A stretch of 64,000 nucleotides of DNA from Acutalibacteraceae bacterium (GCA_045537815.1 JAZSQD010000127.1:28949-92948), one strand, 5' to 3'; positions 52,192 to 61,867 are shown, numbered from the stretch's first letter. Translations and numbers: made by a program. The notes: generated from the letters alone by a model not told the origin.

Positions 52192-53679
52192 ATGATAAGC
52201 AAAAGTGTAAAGAAACTTGTTAATTACGGCCTTGCAACGGAGCTTATTTCCAAAGCTGATGAAATTTATGCAAGAAACCGCATACTTGAGATATTGCATA
52301 TTGACGAGTACAAAGAAAGTGAAGATAAGTGTGCAGGCACCAACCTTGAAGAAATACTTTCAGAGCTTCTGAGTTATGCAGTGGAAAAGGGTATCATTGA
52401 TGACAATATCACTGACAGAGATTTATTTGACACCAAGCTCATGAGTGCATTGGTACCAAGACCTAGTGAAGTAATAAATAAGTTCTATTCAATTTATAAG
52501 ACTTCACCCAAAGAAGCAACGGAATATTACTACAAGCTCAGCAGGGACACAGACTACATAAGACGCTACCGTATAGCTAAGGACCTTAAGTGGACAACGG
52601 ACACAGACTACGGCGTAATTGACATCACCGTAAATCTTTCCAAACCCGAAAAAGACCCAAAGGCTATTGAAGCGGCAAAGAATGCTCCCCAGAGCGCATA
52701 TCCCAAATGTATGCTCTGTGTTGAAAATGAAGGCTACGCCGGCAGAGGCAATCACCCTGCAAGACAGAACCACAGAATTATCCCCGTTCAGATTGACGGC
52801 GGAAAGTGGGGCTTCCAGTATTCACCTTATGTTTACTATAATGAGCATTGCATAGTTTTCAACTCACAGCACACGCCTATGGTAATCAACAAGGGTGCTT
52901 TCAAAAAGCTATTTGATTTTGTCAAGCTCTTCCCTCACTATTTTGTGGGTTCAAATGCTGACCTTCCTATCGTTGGCGGCTCCATTCTTGCTCACGAGCA
53001 TTTCCAGGGCGGCAACTATGAATTTGCCATGGCGAAGGCACCTTGCGAAGAGTGTTTCACCGTAGAAGGCTTTGAAGATGTAAACGTCGGCATAGTCAAA
53101 TGGCCTATGTCAGTTATCAGACTCAGCAGCGCAGACACAGACCGTCTTGTTGAGTTGGGCGATAAAATTCTCACAAAGTGGCGAGCTTACACTGATGAAG
53201 ATGCCTTCATTTTTGCCGAGACCAAGGGTACACCCCACAACACCATAACACCTATTGCAAGAAAGCGCGGCGACAAATATGAGCTTGACCTTGTGCTTCG
53301 CAACAACATCTGCACCGAGGAGCATCCCTTAGGTGTCTACCATCCTCACGAGGAGCTGCACAACATCAAAAAGGAAAACATCGGTCTTATAGAGGTTATG
53401 GGTCTTGCCGTACTGCCCTCAAGACTTAAGTCAGAGCTGAAAATGGTTTGCGACTGCCTTGTTTCAGGTGAAGACCTGACGAAAAACGAAGCCACTGCAA
53501 AGCATGCTGACTGGGTTGCAACCTTCAAGGACAATTACACCTTCACCGAAGAAAATGCTGATGCCATTATCAAAAATGAGACCGGCAAGGTCTTCCTGAA
53601 GTGCCTTGAACACGCAGGTGTTTACAAGCGTGACGAAAAGGGTATGGCAGCATTCAGAAAGTTTATTGCAACAATATAA
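52192..53679 (+). CDS. galT: Galactose-1-phosphate uridylyltransferase, type 2
   Basis: 495 aa with the HEHFQGG motif and the long Firmicutes-type GalT architecture. Confidence 0.9.
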   Translation: MISKSVKKLVNYGLATELISKADEIYARNRILEILHIDEYKESEDKCAGTNLEEILSELLSYAVEKGIIDDNITDRDLFDTKLMSALVPRPSEVINKFYSIYKTSPKEATEYYYKLSRDTDYIRRYRIAKDLKWTTDTDYGVIDITVNLSKPEKDPKAIEAAKNAPQSAYPKCMLCVENEGYAGRGNHPARQNHRIIPVQIDGGKWGFQYSPYVYYNEHCIVFNSQHTPMVINKGAFKKLFDFVKLFPHYFVGSNADLPIVGGSILAHEHFQGGNYEFAMAKAPCEECFTVEGFEDVNVGIVKWPMSVIRLSSADTDRLVELGDKILTKWRAYTDEDAFIFAETKGTPHNTITPIARKRGDKYELDLVLRNNICTEEHPLGVYHPHEELHNIKKENIGLIEVMGLAVLPSRLKSELKMVCDCLVSGEDLTKNEATAKHADWVATFKDNYTFTEENADAIIKNETGKVFLKCLEHAGVYKRDEKGMAAFRKFIATI

Positions 53680-53680
53680 T

Positions 53681-53959
53681 ACAAGCTTTGCAGAAGCTTG
53701 TATATCATATTTGCCCACGGCAAATATATCATTGGGCATCAGCCCTATATCATGTCGCGTCAGCGATACATCATTAATTCTTTTGCATTACAATTATGCA
53801 AAAAGGAGCAGACTCAGAGTCTGCTCCTTTGATTTTATTCTGACTTGCAGATTTTTTTGAATGATATATCGCCTTAGGCGATATGATATACAGCTAAAGC
53901 TGTATGATATATTTCCAATGCGCGAAATATGATATACGGAGCTGCCCACGACAGCTCCG
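53681..53959. repeat. Mini-hairpin array B: two mirrored arms of hairpins spaced by TATATCAT around a central bidirectional terminator
   Basis: Left arm (plus strand): acaagctt-tgcag-aagcttgt, ttgcc-cac-ggcaa, gggc-atca-gccc and tcgc-gtca-gcga, each followed by TATATCAT(A/T), ATATATCAT, TATATCAT or TACATCATT. Centre: ggagcagact-cag-agtctgctcc (about 53804-53830). Right arm: tcgcc-tta-ggcga, cagc-taaa-gctg, tttc..gaaa and cggagctg-cccacga-cagctccg, each preceded on the plus strand by (A/T)ATGATATA, the reverse complement of TATATCAT. Confidence 0.9.
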
Positions 53960-53970
53960 TATCTTATTTA

Positions 53971-55185
53971 TTAAAGACTGTTAATCATACTCAGATGCTC
54001 AACATACAATGTTTTGACATCATTCATCTTTGTCATACCGCCCTGAAGTGACATATGGTCAGCGCAATAAACAGGCATTACATTCCAGATGCCGGGATTT
54101 ACGCTTCCTTCAACATAATCTGTCCAGGGTGCGCTTGAGGGAGCCATAGCTGAAATTGTGTTTACGAGACCGTCATTTTCAAGCCATGTTTCGTCGATTA
54201 CATATCCGCCCTTTGTTACACCTGTGTATGCGCCCATTGCTGCTGAGGATGAAACAAAGAGTGATTCCATCTTGCTCTTTATGGGAGCATAGGTGCCGTC
54301 TGCCTGCTTTTCTGTTGCTGAGCATGGAATTGCAAAATAATATGTATCCTTATAGGTGATAATTGTCTTGTTAAGCTCAAGGGCATTATCTATATACATA
54401 TCATAGGACGCGTAGTCGCTTTCGATTCTGCCGTCTTTCTCACCGCCGGTGAAGGTACTCATAAGCTCATTCATTACCGAGCTGAGCTTATCCTTTATGG
54501 GGTTGCTCTTTTCAGGTTCTTCTTCGGGTGCTTCTTCAGGCTTTTCTTCGTGTTCATCCACATTATATGTTGAAGTGCCGTTACTGGGTGCTGCAAGAGC
54601 GGTTACGGAATAAATCCAATCTCCCTTGCCTCCCTTGAAGTAATCTGAAAGCTCACCCTTAGGTGTAGCCGCAATTTCTTCGGCACTGCCCTTTTCCATT
54701 ATGCTTGCAAAAAGTCTGACTGTTGCACCGCCGAAGGAGTGTCCTAAAAGGTTGATTTTATCCTTTTCGCTGAAAGAATCGATAAGGGCTCTGCCTGTGA
54801 AGTCCTCGCCGTATCTTTCGTGGTTGCATCTTTCGCTGTGTGCCTTGCCGTAGTCTGTCTTTGTACCTGTCAGCTGTGCATAAAGCTCGCAGGCTCTGTC
54901 CCAGGCGCTGTTTGTGGGGGCAACGGAAGCAGCCGCCACATCAAAACCCTTATCTCTGAGATATTCCATAAGGTCGCCGCCGAACATACCCCAATAAGGC
55001 ATAATCTTATAGATGTCATCATACTCGCCCCAACCCGAAAGGCCGTGAACGAAAACATAGGTGTAATTTGTGTTCCAATTAGTGTCATCAGCTTTGAGCA
55101 GTTCAAGGTTTATGCCGAAAAGCATAGCCACTGACATTACAAGGCTTGTAAGTTTGTAGATAATCTGATGAAGGATAGCTGCCAT
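53971..55185 (-). CDS. Secreted triacylglycerol lipase/esterase (alpha/beta hydrolase, family I.5/I.6-like)
   Basis: Has VFVHGLSGWGE, SAWDRACELYAQLTG, KTDYGKAHSE and the nucleophile elbow GHSFGG. Confidence 0.8.
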   Translation of the reverse strand: MAAILHQIIYKLTSLVMSVAMLFGINLELLKADDTNWNTNYTYVFVHGLSGWGEYDDIYKIMPYWGMFGGDLMEYLRDKGFDVAAASVAPTNSAWDRACELYAQLTGTKTDYGKAHSERCNHERYGEDFTGRALIDSFSEKDKINLLGHSFGGATVRLFASIMEKGSAEEIAATPKGELSDYFKGGKGDWIYSVTALAAPSNGTSTYNVDEHEEKPEEAPEEEPEKSNPIKDKLSSVMNELMSTFTGGEKDGRIESDYASYDMYIDNALELNKTIITYKDTYYFAIPCSATEKQADGTYAPIKSKMESLFVSSSAAMGAYTGVTKGGYVIDETWLENDGLVNTISAMAPSSAPWTDYVEGSVNPGIWNVMPVYCADHMSLQGGMTKMNDVKTLYVEHLSMINSL

Positions 55186-55355
55186 AATGTTTCCTCGTTT
55201 CTTAATATGATATTTTCATTCTATCATAAAGAAAAAAGAAAAACAATAAGGTATATAATTTTTAATGAGAAAGACGCAATATTTTTTGCCGGATAATGTA
55301 TATAACATCTCATTTCAGCCAAAACTTCAAACAGTAAAAATAAGGAGGAAAAAAT

Positions 55356-55787
55356 ATGAACAAAGATACCACCGAACTTCTCAAGGAATGTGATGCCGGC
55401 ACAAAAACAGCCGTCAACTCCATTAAAGAGGTGCTGGACAATGTTCAGTCACAGGAACTGATGAACCTTCTGCAGGAAAGTCTTCAGGAGCATCAGAGCA
55501 TAGGCGACGAGCTTCACGCAATTTTAGACAGTGAGGGTGAAAGCGGTAAGGATCCTAATCCCATGGCAAGAGCAATGTCCTGGATGAAAATCAATTTCAA
55601 AATGATGGAAAAGCCCAACGACAAAACCATAGCAAACCTGATGTTTGACGGCTGCTCAATGGGCGTAAAGCAATTAAGCGAATATCTCAATGAGTACTCT
55701 GCTGCTGATGAAAGGGCTGTAACACTTGCCAAAAGGCTCATAAAAGAGGAAGAAAAGCTGGGAAAAGACCTGAAAAATTATCTATAA
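55356..55787 (+). CDS. Helical cytoplasmic protein of unknown function
   Basis: 143 aa with a strong SD AAGGAGG and no signal peptide. I recognise no motif. Confidence 0.6.
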   Translation: MNKDTTELLKECDAGTKTAVNSIKEVLDNVQSQELMNLLQESLQEHQSIGDELHAILDSEGESGKDPNPMARAMSWMKINFKMMEKPNDKTIANLMFDGCSMGVKQLSEYLNEYSAADERAVTLAKRLIKEEEKLGKDLKNYL

Positions 55788-55809
55788 TTAATTTTTTGTA
55801 CATTTTTGC

Positions 55810-55837
55810 TTGACAAAAAATTAAAAATAATTATAAT
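55810..55837 (+). promoter_or_regulatory. Near-consensus sigma-A promoter of the 50-codon ORF
   Basis: TTGACA (55810-15), a 16-nt spacer, then TATAAT (55832-37). Confidence 0.65.
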
Positions 55838-55872
55838 GAGGTAACAAACAAAATTTCAGGAGGTATATATCA

Positions 55873-56025
55873 ATGGAAAACTTCGATATCGATAAGTTCG
55901 AATCAGATGTAACAGGATTATTCGCAAAGGTTAAGGAAATCATCGCTTTAATTCACAACCTTGTTGGTGGCATCATGGGTACTCTTGATAAGGAATGTGC
56001 TTTCTGCGGAGAAATCCACGAATAA
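55873..56025 (+). CDS. 50-aa small protein (below the ORF-track cutoff)
   Basis: ATG lies 10 nt after AGGAGG. The product is MENFDIDKFESDVTGLFAKVKEIIALIHNLVGGIMGTLDKECAFCGEIHE. A terminator follows at 56048-56080. Confidence 0.6.
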   Translation: MENFDIDKFESDVTGLFAKVKEIIALIHNLVGGIMGTLDKECAFCGEIHE

Positions 56026-56047
56026 TTAACCCACACAAAAAAATGAA

Positions 56048-56080
56048 GGACACTGCAAAATCTGCAGTGTCCCGTTTTTT
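56048..56080. terminator. Bidirectional terminator shared by the small ORF and the histidine kinase gene
   Basis: ggacactgca-aaatc-tgcagtgtcc followed by cgtttttt on the plus strand and by ttcattttttt on the minus strand. Confidence 0.85.
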
Positions 56081-56100
56081 ATTTCCGAGAAGAAAAAGGA

Positions 56101-58839
56101 TTATTTTTTCTCAAGCTCAACCTTAGCTATAAACAAATCTCCCACAATATCAATATCAAGCTTGCCACCCTGAAGCAGACAGAGATTTTCCGCTATACTA
56201 AGACCGAGTCCGTTGCCCTCTGTTGTTCTTGAGGCGTCGCCTCTGACGAAACGCTGCTTAAGCTCTTCGGGAGTAATATTAAGAGGTGCTGCCGAAATAT
56301 TCTTGAAGGTGATAATACCCTTGCCCTCTTTTTCTTCAGCTGAGATATAAACTCTCGTAGCGGGCATAGCGTATTTATTGATGTTGCCTGTCAGATTTTC
56401 AAGCACTCTGTAAAGGAGCTTGCTGTCTGCTCTGACGATAATGTCATTTTCGGGTATGTCGCAGACTATAGTCAGCTGCTTTTTATCGAAGGTATCGCTT
56501 TGTTCACCTGTTATCTGTGCAATAATTTCTTTAAGGCTCACATCTACAATATTCACATCTATGTTGCCCGTTGCCGCTTTTGAAGCTTCAACTAAATCGG
56601 AAATGAGATATTTAAGTCTGTCGCTCTTTTCGCCGAGTACATCAAGATATGAAAGGGCAGTTTCATTCTGAATGTCACAGTGCTTGAGAAGCTCCACATA
56701 GTTGATGATGCTTGTCAGGGGAGTTTTCAGGTCATGGGAGATATTCGTGATAAGCTCCGTCTTTGTGGTTTCCTGCTTTACTGCCTCTTCAACTGCAAGG
56801 CGGATACCGTCGCCAAGCTCTTCTAAATCCTCTGCGGCAGGGATGAGATAATCGGGCAGAGCCGCGCGGTTGATATAGGTGTCAAGGTTGCCTTTACGGT
56901 ACGCGTTAAGGACCTCCAGGAGTCTGTCAACACCGCCCACCAGCCTGAGTCCTCTGAGGATTGCAAACACATCTGCAAAAACTGCAGGTGCAGCAAAAAT
57001 GAGCAGCAGGAAAAATTCTCCAAAATGGTCAACACCGCCCCACCACTGAAGTGAACCGGCACACCAAAAGACGGAAATAACATTAAGTGCAACAAGTATA
57101 GAGGTTTTTATAACAACAATTTTCTTTATATTTCTTGTATAAGTGTATTTTTCCTTTATGTCTTTATAGAGGCTGACCAGTGCTTTTATGGGTGCAGCAA
57201 GCAAAGAGAAAAGCTTCCTTATCATTTTAACAATAAATTTAACAGGCTTTTTCATAAGCCAGACAATAAACAGACTTTTTATAAATCTCTTTGCCTTTAT
57301 GATTTTTGTCACACTCAGGATGAACTCCATGAGTATGCCTGCCACAACAGAAGCTAAAACCGGCAGACAGCCAAGGAAGAACTGAGCGAGGGAATAGCTG
57401 ATATGGCGATATTCGTCTATAATCAATATTACAGCGCCAAAAGCAAGTGTAATAAGGCCTGCACTTATAAGAAGCTTGATTTCAATGAAAATTTTATCTG
57501 TCGGCAGAAGATAAACTGTGTCGTCATCACTCTTTCGTCTGCCTGCAAGAACACATAAAATCACAAGCGCAACAAGATAAATTCCAAGACCTAAAGCCAC
57601 ATTCACTATTGCCTCTCGTGCGAAAGCGCCTGCGTTAAGAATAGTTGTCTGCATTTCGGCGACACTCTTTTCACCAAAGAAAACAGCATCCCTATTGAAA
57701 TAAACAGCAAGGTCATAGCTGTCTGCGGTGTTAGTAGAGCTGTTTGTGCGCGAGGAAGCATGATAGGTTGTTTCCTGGGTGGGATGAGTAACCTCCGGCA
57801 TGGTTGTCATCACCGTTACATTCTGCACCTGATTGGTTGCAGGACGGTGCTCAACTCTCATATAAAAGTCCTGATATCCGTTATAAAATCTTGAGCCTTC
57901 GTCATAATAGACTGAGCCTTTGTTGGAAACATATCTTCCGTCTGAGCCAACTATATTAAAGTAGTAGTCCGAAACGGGAACAGTCTGCTTTTTATCGTTG
58001 GTTATAACGGTGCCGTCAGCTGAAGTAACCCTGTAATAAATATTTTTATAGGCTGTTCTGAAGTTATCTTCCCTAAGAGCCTCTTTATATTCCTCATAGG
58101 TGCCAAAATAGCCTGTGAGACCGTAGTCTATAAGCACCTGCTTCATAAGTTCTTCGTTTACTGAGAGAATGTATATACCTGCCTCAAAAGAGATCTTGTG
58201 ATTACTTTGTTCAATTTCTAACTTAGGCAGCTTGACAACAAGCTCACCGCCGAGATTCTTTGCCTTTTTAGCATTAGCTTCAAAATTGATTTTGTTATAT
58301 TTGCTGCTTTCGTCTTCACAATAGGAATAAAGTTCCCATTCTTCGTTAGTATCAAACAGATGCACATAAACCTCTTCATCTTCCTCTTCCGGCAGTGCTT
58401 TCTCGTGAAGCTTAAAGTCAACAACTCCCATGCTGACAAGACTGAGCATAGATTCCGAATAGACTTCGTTTTCAACTATTTCGCGGTAAAGGTTTGTCAG
58501 CAGATTATGCTTGTAGGTCTCATATTTGGCTTTGTTTTCCGCGTTGCGCTTTTCAAAGCTCGCCTTAGTGCCGTCGCCGTAAACAGTCAGATATCTGTTA
58601 AGATCATAGAAATAGTTTCTCATGCACGAATCAAAAACATCCGAGGTGAAAAAATCTCTGTCCTCCTTAACGAAAATTCCTTCTAAATAGTATTCGGCGT
58701 CAATATCCTCCTGATTAACTATATAGAGAAAATCGTTAAGTGCGCCCTTTGCCGTCAGTCCTACAACCGTCAGAGCTAAAATGACTGCTATTATTTTGAC
58801 AATAAGTCTCCCTTTAAATTTTGTCGACTTTGTATCCAA
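56101..58839 (-). CDS. Sensor histidine kinase with a roughly 370-aa extracytoplasmic domain and a multi-TM block
   Basis: 912 aa. It has an N-terminal TM helix, a large ectodomain and about six TM helices. The HisKA H-box is ITNISHDLKTPLTSI, and the HATPase N and G boxes are NINKYA and GNGLGLSI. Confidence 0.9.
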   Translation of the reverse strand: MDTKSTKFKGRLIVKIIAVILALTVVGLTAKGALNDFLYIVNQEDIDAEYYLEGIFVKEDRDFFTSDVFDSCMRNYFYDLNRYLTVYGDGTKASFEKRNAENKAKYETYKHNLLTNLYREIVENEVYSESMLSLVSMGVVDFKLHEKALPEEEDEEVYVHLFDTNEEWELYSYCEDESSKYNKINFEANAKKAKNLGGELVVKLPKLEIEQSNHKISFEAGIYILSVNEELMKQVLIDYGLTGYFGTYEEYKEALREDNFRTAYKNIYYRVTSADGTVITNDKKQTVPVSDYYFNIVGSDGRYVSNKGSVYYDEGSRFYNGYQDFYMRVEHRPATNQVQNVTVMTTMPEVTHPTQETTYHASSRTNSSTNTADSYDLAVYFNRDAVFFGEKSVAEMQTTILNAGAFAREAIVNVALGLGIYLVALVILCVLAGRRKSDDDTVYLLPTDKIFIEIKLLISAGLITLAFGAVILIIDEYRHISYSLAQFFLGCLPVLASVVAGILMEFILSVTKIIKAKRFIKSLFIVWLMKKPVKFIVKMIRKLFSLLAAPIKALVSLYKDIKEKYTYTRNIKKIVVIKTSILVALNVISVFWCAGSLQWWGGVDHFGEFFLLLIFAAPAVFADVFAILRGLRLVGGVDRLLEVLNAYRKGNLDTYINRAALPDYLIPAAEDLEELGDGIRLAVEEAVKQETTKTELITNISHDLKTPLTSIINYVELLKHCDIQNETALSYLDVLGEKSDRLKYLISDLVEASKAATGNIDVNIVDVSLKEIIAQITGEQSDTFDKKQLTIVCDIPENDIIVRADSKLLYRVLENLTGNINKYAMPATRVYISAEEKEGKGIITFKNISAAPLNITPEELKQRFVRGDASRTTEGNGLGLSIAENLCLLQGGKLDIDIVGDLFIAKVELEKK

Positions 58840-59506
58840 TGCCCCACACCACCTTTATATATTTTGGGTTTTTAGTGTCGATTTCGATTTTCTCTCGAAT
58901 TCGTCTGATGTGAACGGTTATGATTTTATCTGAGCCTATTGCAACCTCGTTCCACACATTTTCATAAATCTGTGTTGAAGAGAGAGTTCTGCCCATATTG
59001 AGCATGAGATATTCCAATATTCGGTACTCCGTGGCGGTAAGTCTCACCTCATCGCCGTCGAGAGTGACAGCCCTTGCCTCAATATCCAGCTCCAGTCCGC
59101 CGGTTCTCAGTACCTTGCCATTACCTGAGGGCGCAGTGCCTAAGGCAGTGTAGCGTCTTATCTGTGATTTTACTCTTGCCGTCAGCTCAAGAGGGTTGAA
59201 GGGCTTTGTAACATAGTCGTCACCGCCTATGCCAAGACCTGCAATTTTATCTGCATCTTCGCTTTTTGCCGATAGGAAGATTATGGGGACGTTGCTTCGC
59301 TCTCTGATTTTCAGTGTAGCGGAAATACCGTCCATATGCGGCATCATAATATCCATAATAATGCAGTGGATTTCATTTTCCATAAGGATGTTCACAGCCT
59401 CAACACCGTCATAGGCTAAAAAGGTATTGTAGCCGTCAGCCTTCAGGTAAATTTCAATTGAGCGCACAATAGCTGTATCGTCATCACAGACCAGAACATT
59501 GTACAT
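58814..59506 (-). CDS. OmpR-family response regulator
   Basis: Receiver domain VLVCDDD...DIMMP and a winged-helix C-terminus ending IKVVWGIGYKV. ATG 59506 is better spaced from the SD GAGAGG than the track GTG at 59515. Confidence 0.9.
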   Translation of the reverse strand: MYNVLVCDDDTAIVRSIEIYLKADGYNTFLAYDGVEAVNILMENEIHCIIMDIMMPHMDGISATLKIRERSNVPIIFLSAKSEDADKIAGLGIGGDDYVTKPFNPLELTARVKSQIRRYTALGTAPSGNGKVLRTGGLELDIEARAVTLDGDEVRLTATEYRILEYLMLNMGRTLSSTQIYENVWNEVAIGSDKIITVHIRRIREKIEIDTKNPKYIKVVWGIGYKVDKI

Positions 59507-59685
59507 AATATACACCTCTCTCTTTCATAACCGATTCACGTGACAGTGACGACACTTCCCACTGTCACCTATAGTGTAAGGGCAAAAAATTACAACTTTC
59601 TTTAGAAATTATAACAAATGAATTACATTTTGAAAAGGTTGAATATCTTAAAAAATTGTGATATTATCGAAAGCGGTGATTTATT

Positions 59686-60702
59686 ATGATTTTGCGTATG
59701 CCAACTTATTGCAGAAACTTTAAATGCAGTGCCGACAAATGCTCAGATAACTGCTGCATCGGCTGGGAAATCGACATCGATACCTCTTCGGCAGAGTACT
59801 ATAAAAATGTGAAGGGCGACTTCGGAATGCGCCTTCGTGAAAACATAAACTTCGGCGAGGTCTGCTCATTTAAAATGAACGGGGAAAGGTGCGCCTTTCT
59901 GGGTGAAAACAACCTTTGCGATATAATAATCAATCTTGGCGAAGATGCACTTTGCCAGATCTGCCGTGATCATCCGCGCTATTTTGAGTGGTATGAAAAT
60001 GTGAAGGAAGGCGGTGTAGGTCTTTGCTGTGAGGAGGGCGCAAGGCTTATTCTTTCGCAGACTGAGGCTTTTGATACTTACGATACACCCTGCGACGATG
60101 AGGGGGATGACGACTATGACAAGGAATTGTATGATTATCTCCTTTGGGCGAGGGAAGAGATAATATCTCTGCTTGAAAATGAGAGTACTCCTCTCGACAG
60201 AAAGCTTTTTTCTGCGCTGTTTTTTGCACTCAGAGTTCAATATAATGCGGAAAAGGCTCAATATGAAAAATTTGAACCTGACATAGTCCCTGTAAAAATA
60301 ACATTGGATATGGAAAAAATCATCCGCGACTTCAAATCCCTTGAAATCATAGATGAAAAATGGGGCGACTACATAAACAGACTTTCGGATAACGCTTCAA
60401 GAACCGAAATATTTGTAAGGCGCTGCAAAGAAGAATACGGGGCAGTCGACTTATACCTTAAGAATATTGCCGTCTATTTTATATGGCGCTATTTTATGAA
60501 AAGTGTTTTTGATTATGAGGTTTATGAGAAGGTGTGGCTTGCTGTTGTCAGCACCTTATTTATTGAAAGAATGTTTACCTTGGCATCTCTTGACGGTAAG
60601 CCTCTTACCCTGCACAGGTGCAGTATTCTTGCAAAAAACTACTCAAAAGAAATAGAATACAGCGAGGATAATCTCTCAGCTGTTATGAATTACAAATTAT
60701 AA
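59686..60702 (+). CDS. FliB-like / YkgJ-type Cys-cluster protein (flagellin lysine-N-methylase family)
   Basis: The N-terminus CRNFKCSADKCSDNCCIGWEIDID...CAFL...NLCDI...CQICRDHPR matches the CxxxCxxCC zinc/iron-chelating cluster pattern. Confidence 0.6.
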   Translation: MILRMPTYCRNFKCSADKCSDNCCIGWEIDIDTSSAEYYKNVKGDFGMRLRENINFGEVCSFKMNGERCAFLGENNLCDIIINLGEDALCQICRDHPRYFEWYENVKEGGVGLCCEEGARLILSQTEAFDTYDTPCDDEGDDDYDKELYDYLLWAREEIISLLENESTPLDRKLFSALFFALRVQYNAEKAQYEKFEPDIVPVKITLDMEKIIRDFKSLEIIDEKWGDYINRLSDNASRTEIFVRRCKEEYGAVDLYLKNIAVYFIWRYFMKSVFDYEVYEKVWLAVVSTLFIERMFTLASLDGKPLTLHRCSILAKNYSKEIEYSEDNLSAVMNYKL

Positions 60703-60797
60703 ATTCTTTCTCTGACTATATCTTGTGGTCGCTGAATTTTGCGCCACAACTCAGAAGAAATAAACTGCCGTGAGAAAAGAAAAAACATTAAAAATCA

Positions 60798-60827
60798 TTG
60801 ACAAATTAAAGAGGTTTGATATATAAT
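60798..60827 (+). promoter_or_regulatory. Putative promoter of the rpmH operon
   Basis: TTGACA (60798-803), an 18-nt spacer, then TATAAT (60822-27). This gives a leader of roughly 140 nt with a long hairpin, ctgcaag...cttgcag, at about 60834-60872. Confidence 0.55.
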
Positions 60828-60971
60828 GGTTTTCTGCAAGTTATGGCTTGCTTTATATAGCTATGCCTTGCAGGCGATTAAGAAAGCGTCGGACAACCTA
60901 TTGCGTCACTTCAACTACTCCTTGCAATATGTCCCGTTTTAATAGAAAATTTATAAAGGAGGTTAATCGCA

Positions 60972-61106
60972 ATGAAAAGAACTTATCAACCCAAGAAGCG
61001 CCACAGAAAGATGGAACACGGTTTCCGCAAGAGAATGGCAACAAAGAACGGCCGTAAGGTTCTCGCACGCAGACGTGCAAAGGGCAGAAAGCAGCTCACA
61101 TACTAA
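60972..61106 (+). CDS. rpmH: 50S ribosomal protein L34 (below the ORF-track cutoff)
   Basis: The product is [44 protein letters not shown], following the SD AAGGAGG. Confidence 0.97.
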   Translation: MKRTYQPKKRHRKMEHGFRKRMATKNGRKVLARRRAKGRKQLTY

Positions 61107-61224
61107 TAATAACAATTAAACAATTCTTTGACACGAATCGTTCAATTGTTATGCTTTGAAAAACTTCTGTGACTGCTTTTTTGCGGTGCATGACTGACCG
61201 CGAAGTGCAGTCAACCACGCTATA

Positions 61225-61590
61225 TTGCCACGGGATTTGATTTATTTGCAGAAATACCTATCTTTAAATCAGAATACGGACTTTCAGCGTACTTATCATC
61301 GCGGCAAGTCCTGTGCGAGACCTGCACTGGTTGTTTACGCTATGAAAAACCGTGTGGGTATTTGTCGTGTAGGCATTACTACAAGTAAAAAAATCGGCAA
61401 CGCAGTAGAGCGCAATCGCTCCCGTAGGATTATTAGAGCTGCTTATCAGTCAGTTTTTTCACAGTACAGCCTTAAGGGCAACTACGATATTATTTTTGTT
61501 GCGCGCACAAAGACCAAATATCTTAAAAGCACAGACATAGAAAAAGCTATGCTCTCATGCCTTAAAGAGGTAGGTGTTTTAGAGCAATGA
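61225..61590 (+). CDS. rnpA: Ribonuclease P protein component
   Basis: Has [10 protein letters not shown]...[26 protein letters not shown]. The start is uncertain, with in-frame TTG candidates at 61225, 61237 and 61246. Confidence 0.9.
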   Translation: MPRDLIYLQKYLSLNQNTDFQRTYHRGKSCARPALVVYAMKNRVGICRVGITTSKKIGNAVERNRSRRIIRAAYQSVFSQYSLKGNYDIIFVARTKTKYLKSTDIEKAMLSCLKEVGVLEQ

Positions 61591-61823
61591 AAAAAATACT
61601 TCTGGCAGTTATCCGCTTTTACAGACGGCATATCTCGCCTCATCTGCCCCCTATGTGCAAGTACTATCCAACTTGTTCCTGTTATGCAATTGAAGCTATT
61701 GAAATACACGGAGCTTTTAAAGGCTCGGTGCTTGCTGCTTTGCGCATTTTAAGGTGCAACCCTCTTTTTCCGGGTGGATACGACCCCGTGCCGCCTAAAA
61801 AAGACCGAACTAATAAGTCATAA
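61587..61823 (+). CDS. yidD: Membrane protein insertion efficiency factor YidD
   Basis: Has [51 protein letters not shown], with an ATGA overlap with rnpA. Confidence 0.95.
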   Translation: MKKILLAVIRFYRRHISPHLPPMCKYYPTCSCYAIEAIEIHGAFKGSVLAALRILRCNPLFPGGYDPVPPKKDRTNKS

Positions 61824-61867
61824 GCAACCTTTAATAGAAACGGAATAATTTTACGGAGGAACATTAA

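Noticed and set aside
53681-53959. The regular repeat-plus-variable-insert layout of the mini-hairpin arrays looked CRISPR-like.
   Set aside because: The conserved word is only 5-9 nt and the variable parts are 9-23-nt palindromes rather than roughly 30-nt unique spacers. The arrays are mirrored, and no cas genes are present in the window.
55873-56025. The small peptide could be an AgrD-type autoinducer precursor for the adjacent two-component system.
   Set aside because: There is no AgrB-like protease gene. The kinase has a large ectodomain rather than the AgrC architecture, and the regulator is OmpR-type rather than LytTR. The ORF is kept only as an unknown small protein.
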